Shown in pieces: positions 56,745 through 64,000 of a stretch of 64,000 nt of DNA. The position numbers and the translations under genes are program-made. This DNA comes from a candidate division WOR-3 bacterium. GTDB taxonomy: Bacteria; Hydrothermota; Tepidihabitantia; SM23-42; JAOAFX01. Within the stretch, counting starts at the first letter, position 1; each line of letters starts with the position of its first letter. The notes beneath the pieces are model-generated. The model was given only the letters and a program-made list of their open reading frames with translations. It was not told the DNA's origin and did no database searches. The DNA is taken from positions 1 to 64,000 of the forward strand of contig JBDRWI010000001.1 of assembly GCA_039802265.1 (NCBI GenBank), in the 5' to 3' direction.

Positions 56745-57854
56745 TTAGTCTATCTGCCTCCTTAAGAAAGTCGGGACTTCCAGGTCATTGACATTGTATG
56801 GCTTCTCTTTTGTTTCCTTCTTTATTTCCCGGCGCTTGAATGTCGGAAATTCAAGATTTTCATTGCGGTTAAGGATATCCGACTTTACATCCTGATAGAC
56901 TTCGGTAATCCCGGTTGCCACCAGCATCACCTTTACCTTATTCTCAAGGGTCTCATCAATAACCAGTCCAACCTTTGTATTCACATCTTCATTGTCGATC
57001 TCTTTTAGAATCAATGAGGCGGCCTCCTGAACCTCCTTCATCTTCAGGTCAAAACCGCTGATATTGATGAGAACGCCCTTTGCCCCCTTGATCGACATAT
57101 CATCAAGCAGGGGTGAGTTCATCGCGGTCTGTGCCGCCTGGATTGCCCGATTTTCGCCTTCGCTTATCCCCATACCCATAATTGCCTTTCCCTTTTCAGT
57201 CATTACCGCCCGAATATCGGCAAAGTCAAGGTTGATAAGCCCGGGTTTGGTTACCAGTTCAGCAATTCCCTTTATGGCATGAAAGAGGACTGTATTCCCC
57301 ACCTTTAAGGAATCAAGCACCCCGGATTCCTGGGGAAGTGCACTGAGGAGTTTTTCGTTGGGTATGCAGATCAGGGTATCAACGATATTACTCAACTCAT
57401 CAATTCCTCTCTGGGCAATCATCATCTTCTTCGGTCCCTCGTGTAACCAGGGTTTTGTTACCACTGCTACCACCAGTGCCCCGGCATTTTTCGCCTCCTC
57501 GGCAACCACGGGTGAGGCACCGGTTCCGGTGCCGCCTCCCTCGCCACAGGCGATAAAGACCATATCTGCATCCTTTACTACATTCTTTATTTCTTCCCTT
57601 GACTCTTCGGCTGCCTTGCGTCCGATCTCCGGATCGCCACCAGCACCAAGACCACCAGTTAGATTGGCACCAATTTGAATCCTCTCACTGGCAATACAAT
57701 ACTGCAGATGCTGGAGGTCTGTATTTATTGCAATCGTCTCAACCCCTTCAATTCCGTAGGACTGAGCAAAGTTCACTGTATTACAACCTGCGCCCCCAAC
57801 TCCAACAAGTTTGATGCGGGCGCAGAATCTCGGTTCCTGAACCAATCCCAACAT
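56745..57854 (-). CDS. ftsZ: cell division protein FtsZ
   Basis: GVGGAG, GGGTGTG, NLDFAD and the C-terminal LEVPTFLRRQ. Confidence 0.98.
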   Translation of the reverse strand: MLGLVQEPRFCARIKLVGVGGAGCNTVNFAQSYGIEGVETIAINTDLQHLQYCIASERIQIGANLTGGLGAGGDPEIGRKAAEESREEIKNVVKDADMVFIACGEGGGTGTGASPVVAEEAKNAGALVVAVVTKPWLHEGPKKMMIAQRGIDELSNIVDTLICIPNEKLLSALPQESGVLDSLKVGNTVLFHAIKGIAELVTKPGLINLDFADIRAVMTEKGKAIMGMGISEGENRAIQAAQTAMNSPLLDDMSIKGAKGVLINISGFDLKMKEVQEAASLILKEIDNEDVNTKVGLVIDETLENKVKVMLVATGITEVYQDVKSDILNRNENLEFPTFKRREIKKETKEKPYNVNDLEVPTFLRRQID

Positions 57855-57889
57855 AAATTCCTCCTTTTTTTAGTTTAATCTTTCTCATC

Positions 57890-59122
57890 TCAAAAGTATT
57901 TATTTAACAAATCTTCAAATCTCTTTTTTATTGCCTCAAAGATGCTTACACCTTTTGTCTTTGGTATCAAAGATACATTCTTCTTTTCGTATCCATAAAG
58001 CACCAACCCCACACCGGTTGCATAAACCGGGTCAAGGATTATATCGGTGAGACCACCGAGTTTTTTGGGAATTCCGATCTTTACCGGAAGATTGAAGATT
58101 TCTTCAGCAAAGCGGTCAAGGCCATTAAACCTGGCGGTGCCGCCGGTAATGACAACCCCAGCACCGAGGACATCGCTGAAGCCGCTCTTTTTTATCTCCT
58201 GGTTGGCAATCATCAGAATCTCTTCTACCCGGGGGCTTATGATGTTATAGAGTGTCTCTCTAGTTATCATACGGTCCTCACGACCACCAATCCCTGGGAC
58301 CTTTATCTCTTCCTTTTTTTCCTCTGGAGTCATTATTAAACTGGCAAGTTTCTTTTTTATATTCTCAGCCTGGGCGTGTGGAGTTCTTATTCCAATCGCA
58401 ATATCGTTGGTAATATACTCACCGCCTAATGGAATAACATGGGAATAACGAATTGCGCCATCATAGAATATCGCCAGGTCTGTGGTTCCACCACCGATAT
58501 CAAGCAGGCAGACACCTAAGTCCATCTCATCCGGTTGAAGCACCGCATAACTGGAGGCAAGTGGTTGCAGGACAAGGTCTTTTACCTTTAGACCAGCCCG
58601 ATGCAGGGCGGTATAGATATTCTGGGCTGAGGCGATTGCCGCGGTTACGATATGCACCTCAGCCTCCAATTTAACACCGCTCATTCCAATCGGGTCCTTA
58701 ATTCCCCTCTCATTGTCCACAATATATTCTATCGGTATTGCATGAATAATCTCCCTATCCAAGGGTAAGGCAATTGCCCTTGCCTGTTCAATCACCCGCT
58801 CTATATCTCTTCTGGTAATGACACCGCCGGTCCTGGATGTCGCAATCATCGCCCGGGCATTTATGCTCTCAATATGTGAACCCGAAATTCCCGCAAAACA
58901 GGAATCCACCTTTATTCCCGCCATTCTTGATGCCTCATCCACTGCCTTCTTTATTGAATTTATTGCCTTCTCCAGGTTGACAATTACACCGCGTTTTAGA
59001 CCATAAGATGGAGTTGAACCCACACCCACAATCTTCAATTCATCATCCTCAACCTCACCTATAACCACCGCCACCTTTGTCGTTCCTAAATCTACGCCCA
59101 CAATCCTTTCTTTCTTCGCCAT
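57890..59122 (-). CDS. ftsA: cell division protein FtsA
   Basis: DLGTTK, DIGGGTTD and VITGG motifs. Confidence 0.97.
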   Translation of the reverse strand: MAKKERIVGVDLGTTKVAVVIGEVEDDELKIVGVGSTPSYGLKRGVIVNLEKAINSIKKAVDEASRMAGIKVDSCFAGISGSHIESINARAMIATSRTGGVITRRDIERVIEQARAIALPLDREIIHAIPIEYIVDNERGIKDPIGMSGVKLEAEVHIVTAAIASAQNIYTALHRAGLKVKDLVLQPLASSYAVLQPDEMDLGVCLLDIGGGTTDLAIFYDGAIRYSHVIPLGGEYITNDIAIGIRTPHAQAENIKKKLASLIMTPEEKKEEIKVPGIGGREDRMITRETLYNIISPRVEEILMIANQEIKKSGFSDVLGAGVVITGGTARFNGLDRFAEEIFNLPVKIGIPKKLGGLTDIILDPVYATGVGLVLYGYEKKNVSLIPKTKGVSIFEAIKKRFEDLLNKYF

Positions 59123-59132
59123 ATACGCCTCC

Positions 59133-59444
59133 TCATCTTTTTCTTATAATGACCTGACGCCGGTAGCGCAGGTCAATCTCTACTGGACCCGGTATATTGA
59201 CCAGGTCCAACTTATAAATTAAATCCTTCTTTTTCTTAAAATCACCGGGTCCAATAATGTAGATATTACCCCGGTATTCAAGGATACATTCGGTTTGCGA
59301 AATAATATTCGCCTCCGGAATGACCTCGTTTAATAAGATATAATCCTCACGCTGCCTGGAGATATTGCAATGTAAAATCCCCGATAGTAGCAGGGATATT
59401 GGAATAAGCTGGGCAATCCGAATCTTGAAGTCTGAATCTAACAT
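59133..59444 (-). CDS. FtsQ-like mini protein
   Basis: Occupies the ftsQ position between murB and ftsA; C-terminal IG..D..KK...EIDLRY..QVII; only 103 aa. Confidence 0.65.
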   Translation of the reverse strand: MLDSDFKIRIAQLIPISLLLSGILHCNISRQREDYILLNEVIPEANIISQTECILEYRGNIYIIGPGDFKKKKDLIYKLDLVNIPGPVEIDLRYRRQVIIRKR

Positions 59445-60322
59445 ACTATCCTCACTTCGGGTTGCAACTCCACTCCTTTTTTCTTCTTAACCGTCTTCTT
59501 AATGAAATTAACAAGTCTTATGACATCCGCAGCCTTTGCCCTTCCCAGATTCAATATAAAATTGGCATGTTTTTCGCTCACCACTGCATCGCCCATCCTT
59601 GTTCCCTTTAAGCCACATTCATCAATCAAGGCACCCGCGCTCATTGGCAGGGGATTTTTGAAAAATGAACCCGCAGAATATCCATCGGGTTGTTTTTCCC
59701 AGCGCATTTTCAGATATGCCTCCATCCTTGATTTTATCTTGTCCTTTTTCTTCTTTGAAAATTTCAATTCAGCCGAAAGGATTACCGTTTTATCATCAAT
59801 CCGGGAATGACGATAACCGAAGTCTAACTCTTCTTTGGAAAGATACCTGACCTTTAGATTCCTATCAAGAATAAAAACTCCCTTAACAATCTCTGAAATG
59901 GAACCACCAAACGCCCCGGCGTTACCCTTTATCGCTCCCCCCAGTGTCCCGGGGATTCCGGCAAGGAATTCGGCACCGCCATAACCCAGTTCCGCTGCCT
60001 TCTTTAATAAGTCCTTGAGCAATACCCCGGCCCCCACTGAAAATATTTCGCCTTTATTCTCAATTATCTTAAAATCCCCTTTCAATCTAATTACTACACC
60101 ATTAAAACCAGAATCACTAAAGAGGACATTTGTTCCAGCGCCGAGGATAAAATATTTCAGGCGCCTTTTTTTAATCACAGCTAACAGAGCTAACAATCCC
60201 TGCTGTTTATAGACATCAATAAAATATCTTGCCCTGCCACCGATTCGGAATGAAGTATGTTTCTTAAGTGGCTCATTGGTCAAAGCCCTGATTCCCTTTA
60301 TTCCTTTAAATATATTCTTCAT
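59438..60322 (-). CDS. murB: UDP-N-acetylenolpyruvoylglucosamine reductase
   Basis: HTSFRIGG, GIPGTLGG, NAGA, GSFFKNP and HANF motifs. Confidence 0.96.
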   Translation of the reverse strand: MKNIFKGIKGIRALTNEPLKKHTSFRIGGRARYFIDVYKQQGLLALLAVIKKRRLKYFILGAGTNVLFSDSGFNGVVIRLKGDFKIIENKGEIFSVGAGVLLKDLLKKAAELGYGGAEFLAGIPGTLGGAIKGNAGAFGGSISEIVKGVFILDRNLKVRYLSKEELDFGYRHSRIDDKTVILSAELKFSKKKKDKIKSRMEAYLKMRWEKQPDGYSAGSFFKNPLPMSAGALIDECGLKGTRMGDAVVSEKHANFILNLGRAKAADVIRLVNFIKKTVKKKKGVELQPEVRIVC

Positions 60323-61692
60323 CTCAAAACCTTCATCAATCTGGGGATAATCCTGTTTATATCCCCTGCCCCCTGAACCACAATCAGGTCACCACCTTTT
60401 GCAATCTTCTTTATAAATCTAATAATCTCATTAAAATCGGAGATAAAATAGACCGGTTCCTGCTCCTTTTCTATCCTCCTGGCGAGGGCGGCACCGGTTA
60501 TCCCCGGAATGGGAATCTCATGGGCGGGATATATCTCGGTGACCACCACTACATTGGCATACATAAATGCCGAGGCAAAATAGTCAAATAGATAATAGGT
60601 TCGGGTATAGCGGTGAGGCTGAAAGACCGAAATAATTCTGCGTCCGGGGAAATAATCCCTTAATGTCTGCAAGGTTACCGCAATTTCAGTAGGATGGTGC
60701 CCATAATCATCATAGATCATTATATCGCGCACTGCCCCGCAAAATTCCAGCCGGCGATGGACGCCCCGGAATTCTCTTAATGCCTTTTTGATTTTTTTAA
60801 TTGATATACCCAGTTCCAGTCCGACACCGATTGCGGCAAGGCTATTAATAATATTGTGTTTACCCAAAATCCCAAGTTCAAATTGGCCAATCGGCTCTTG
60901 TTTATAAAGTACATTAAACCGCGAACCATTCGGGGTATAATTCAAATCCACTGCCCGTAACTGAGCATAATCATTCAATCCATATAAGATTACCTTTCTT
61001 TTGAGATTGTTTCTGATTTCCAGATTTGCCATAGAATCCGCTCCCAGAAATACACAGCCCCAGAAGGGAACATGATTGGCAAACCAGATAAACTTCTCTT
61101 TTATTTCTTCTATGTCTTTGTAGTATTCAAGATGTTCGGGTTCAATGTTTGTTATCACAGCATAACTTGGTAACAATCTCAAAAATGACTTATCCGACTC
61201 GTCAGCCTCACAGACGAGGTATTCTCCCTTACCCAGGTGCGCCTGACTCTTCCCTTTTACAATACCGCCGATTATTGCCGTCGGAGAAAAGCCAGCCTTC
61301 TGGAGAACTTCACCAATTAGGGAGGTTGTCGTGGTCTTACCGTGGGTACCCGAGATACAGATTGAATTAGTTATCTTGGTCAATTCGGCAAGGAGTTCGC
61401 TCCGGTGGATAACCGGAATCCCCAGCCTCTTTGCCTCGGTTATCTCCGGATTGTCCTCTTTTATTGCCGTAGAATAGACGACCACATCCGCATTTGAAAC
61501 ATTTTCAACCTTGTGTCCATACCTGACCTTAATTCCTGATTTTTTAAGTTTTGTAGTAATTGCTGAACGATTGATATCGGAACCACTGACCGTAAATCCG
61601 AGGTTATGGAAGATTACTGCCAGACCACTCATCCCGATCCCGCCTATTCCCACAAAATGAATCCGTTTAGTTCTACCCAAGAGCTTTTTCAT
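60319..61692 (-). CDS. murC: UDP-N-acetylmuramate--L-alanine ligase
   Basis: GIGGIGMSG, GTHGKTTT, EADESD and DDYGHHP motifs. Confidence 0.97.
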   Translation of the reverse strand: MKKLLGRTKRIHFVGIGGIGMSGLAVIFHNLGFTVSGSDINRSAITTKLKKSGIKVRYGHKVENVSNADVVVYSTAIKEDNPEITEAKRLGIPVIHRSELLAELTKITNSICISGTHGKTTTTSLIGEVLQKAGFSPTAIIGGIVKGKSQAHLGKGEYLVCEADESDKSFLRLLPSYAVITNIEPEHLEYYKDIEEIKEKFIWFANHVPFWGCVFLGADSMANLEIRNNLKRKVILYGLNDYAQLRAVDLNYTPNGSRFNVLYKQEPIGQFELGILGKHNIINSLAAIGVGLELGISIKKIKKALREFRGVHRRLEFCGAVRDIMIYDDYGHHPTEIAVTLQTLRDYFPGRRIISVFQPHRYTRTYYLFDYFASAFMYANVVVVTEIYPAHEIPIPGITGAALARRIEKEQEPVYFISDFNEIIRFIKKIAKGGDLIVVQGAGDINRIIPRLMKVLR

Positions 61693-62723
61693 CTTACCTC
61701 ATCTTTGATAATATCACAAATCCTCTTTTCCGCATCAATAATGATATCGCTTTTTTTATTATCAGCTGGATGCTTCAGCATCTCGATAATTTTCTGTGCA
61801 AGAATTTCCTCAGTTATTCTGTCTTCGGTTAAAACTATTGCCTGTCCAGCCTTTACAAAATACTGGGCATTGTAGTATTGGTGGTTGTCCGTAGCATAAG
61901 GAAAAGGTATAAAGATAATCTTCTTCTTCAGTGCCAAAAGTTCATATCCGGCCAATGCCCCGGACCGGGAAACAACAACATTAGCCTCTTTAATTTCATT
62001 CCAGGGGGTACTGGTGAATGGAATCACCACTGTCCTTTTATCCTTATTTGCCTCAACCCATTGATAATCCCGCTGACCGCTGATTATTATAATCCGATAC
62101 TCCTCAGGCAGGATTTTGGTTAATGATATTGCCCATTTATTCAAACTCCTTGCACCCTGGCTACCACCAATAAAGAGGATTGTATGCTTTTCCTTTTTAA
62201 CTTCATCACAAATCTTGAATTCATCACGGAGTGGAATTCCAGTAAGCGTTAATCTGCCGGCTATTTTGACTCTAATTGGCATACCCAGAAATACCCTTCG
62301 GGCATAGGGTGCAACGATTCGCGTCGACCGCCCCGGAATGCAATTCGGCTCAAAGAGATAAAATGGCCGCCGTTTTATCAAGCAGGCGACTGCAAGTGGT
62401 AAAGACCCAAAACCGCCAAAGGAAAAGCCAATTTTGTCCTTTACAATCGGTAACAGACGAAGCAGACTCTTAAAAAATGCCACCAGCGCCAGAAACTGGA
62501 ATAGAATTGACTTACCGCTAAAGGGCCGGGGATTTATAAAGAAGGTTTCAAGACCATAAAGCCTTGCAATCTCTTCTTCAACAAATCCTTTTCTTACAAG
62601 AAAAATTACCCCAAAATTGCGACGTTGTAATTCTTTTGCCACAACCACCGCCGGAAAGTAATGACCACCGGTCCCGATGCCACTGATTACTATTTTTTGT
62701 TTTTTATAATCTTTATCTCGCAT
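61689..62723 (-). CDS. murG: undecaprenyl-PP-MurNAc-pentapeptide GlcNAc transferase
   Basis: GTGGH, GGSQGA and HQYYNA motifs; ATG 62723 overlaps the ftsW stop. Confidence 0.95.
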   Translation of the reverse strand: MRDKDYKKQKIVISGIGTGGHYFPAVVVAKELQRRNFGVIFLVRKGFVEEEIARLYGLETFFINPRPFSGKSILFQFLALVAFFKSLLRLLPIVKDKIGFSFGGFGSLPLAVACLIKRRPFYLFEPNCIPGRSTRIVAPYARRVFLGMPIRVKIAGRLTLTGIPLRDEFKICDEVKKEKHTILFIGGSQGARSLNKWAISLTKILPEEYRIIIISGQRDYQWVEANKDKRTVVIPFTSTPWNEIKEANVVVSRSGALAGYELLALKKKIIFIPFPYATDNHQYYNAQYFVKAGQAIVLTEDRITEEILAQKIIEMLKHPADNKKSDIIIDAEKRICDIIKDEVR

Positions 62724-63781
62724 CAACCCTTCTTTGAAATCTGCAGAATCATACCCACCGAGAATAGATTGGAACATAATGCCCAACCACCGTACGAGAC
62801 AAAGGGCAAGGGAATACCGGTTGCCGGAAGAAGTCCAAGGCTCACCCCCACATGGATTAAAAATATTAAAAATATCACCGCATTTAGCCCCAGAACAATC
62901 ATCCGTGGATATTCGTCAACCACTCCATTCGCAATAGCAATACCCCTTAAATAAACCTCCCAGTAAAGGATAAAAAATATTGCACTGCCAATAAAACCAG
63001 TCTCCTCAGCAATGTGGGCAAAAATGAAATCATTATGAATTCGGGGCAGAAATAAGAACTTCTGTAATCCTGCCCCTAAGCCCCGTCCGAACAGACCGCC
63101 GGAACCGATCGCAACCAGCGACTGCTGAACCTGATAACCCGGCTGGCTTATGAAACCGAGAAATCTTTCACGAATATGGGGAAGAAATAAGAACGCCAAA
63201 AGGAAAAGGAGTAAGCCAGTAATGATTACCGGCGTCAAAAATTTAATCTTTATCTCTCCGTAGATCAACATTATAACCAGTGCCAAAAAGGAAATTATCG
63301 CCACTGAAATTGATGGCTGGATTGCCACCAGGATAACCAAAGAAAGGGGAAAGACAATTGCCAGAAGAAGACCTTTTGGTCTGTTTAATACATCTGGGTG
63401 GGTAGCAAAGAGATTGGCAAGAAAAAGGACAATCCACACCCGGACAAATTCCGAAATCTGAAGACCAAATGTGGCAATGGGAATACTTCGCCGGGCACCA
63501 TAGACAAATCTGCCGAAGACAAGGGTAAGGATGAGCAAGACCACCATAAGTATGTATGCAGGAAAAAGAAATCTTCTAATTCTTTCGTAAGGCAGGAAGA
63601 AACCCAAAAAGAAGAAACCCAGACCAATCGCAACCCGCTTGAGATGGCCGAAAAGGTAATATGTGGTATCTTCTCCACTCCTCAGTGCCTGATAATAACT
63701 TGAGGAAAAGACAAAGACCGTGCCGAGAATAAGAAGAATCAAGGTAACAAAGGCATACGTGCGATCAACGCTGGACTGCAT
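62723..63781 (-). CDS. ftsW: SEDS peptidoglycan polymerase FtsW
   Basis: GARR, QISE, HNDFIF, EETG and LPFVSYGG motifs; start at ATG 63781. Confidence 0.92.
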   Translation of the reverse strand: MQSSVDRTYAFVTLILLILGTVFVFSSSYYQALRSGEDTTYYLFGHLKRVAIGLGFFFLGFFLPYERIRRFLFPAYILMVVLLILTLVFGRFVYGARRSIPIATFGLQISEFVRVWIVLFLANLFATHPDVLNRPKGLLLAIVFPLSLVILVAIQPSISVAIISFLALVIMLIYGEIKIKFLTPVIITGLLLFLLAFLFLPHIRERFLGFISQPGYQVQQSLVAIGSGGLFGRGLGAGLQKFLFLPRIHNDFIFAHIAEETGFIGSAIFFILYWEVYLRGIAIANGVVDEYPRMIVLGLNAVIFLIFLIHVGVSLGLLPATGIPLPFVSYGGWALCSNLFSVGMILQISKKG

Positions 63782-64000
63782 CCTTAAATGCCTCCCCCCT
63801 CTCCTGAAAATCACGGAAAAGGCCAAATGAAGCAAAACCTGGATTTAAGAGTATCACGTCACCCGGCTGGGCAAACTCTCTTGCCAATGAAACCGCTTCT
63901 GGCATATCCCGGGCAATCCGGTATCGGTTATAATTCCTTTCATCAAAATAGCGGGCAATCTCCGGAGCATTCTCACCCAAAAGCACACATGCCTTTGCCT
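63765..64000 (-). CDS. murD: UDP-MurNAc-L-Ala--D-Glu ligase, C-terminal part (truncated by the window)
   Basis: GDVILLNPGFASFGLFRDFQERGEAF. Confidence 0.92.
   Translation of the reverse strand, partial: AKACVLLGENAPEIARYFDERNYNRYRIARDMPEAVSLAREFAQPGDVILLNPGFASFGLFRDFQERGEAFKDAVQR

Overview
This 64 kb window is bacterial chromosomal DNA, AT-rich and gene-dense. I saw no rRNA, tRNA, CRISPR array, prophage or intact transposase. Most of it is housekeeping: lipA-murA-ispG, serA, lemA-htpX, a crotonase/3-hydroxyacyl-CoA dehydrogenase/thiolase cluster, rpoZ-coaBC-dnaB-mlaEFD-radA, and a dcw cluster (murD-ftsW-murG-murC-murB-ftsQ-like-ftsA-ftsZ-ddl). Several large secreted proteins end in T9SS/FlgD-like C-terminal domains. 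The gene content suggests a diderm FCB-related lineage such as candidate phylum WOR-3 (inference, not verified). The most notable observations: (1) a three-gene operon at 12235-18232 in which a STAND-ATPase/TPR protein and a small partner each carry complementary halves of a class III nucleotide cyclase active site, followed by a HEAT-repeat protein; (2) a ~77-nt candidate sRNA with a perfect promoter and terminator right after that operon; (3) a regulator combining a transposase-type double HTH, TPR and SARP/BTAD domains; (4) promoters with a 16-bp spacer, many apparently leaderless; (5) a manC that seems to need an AUU start; (6) a ~100-aa mini-FtsQ. All calls come from reading motifs by eye; no database searches were run.
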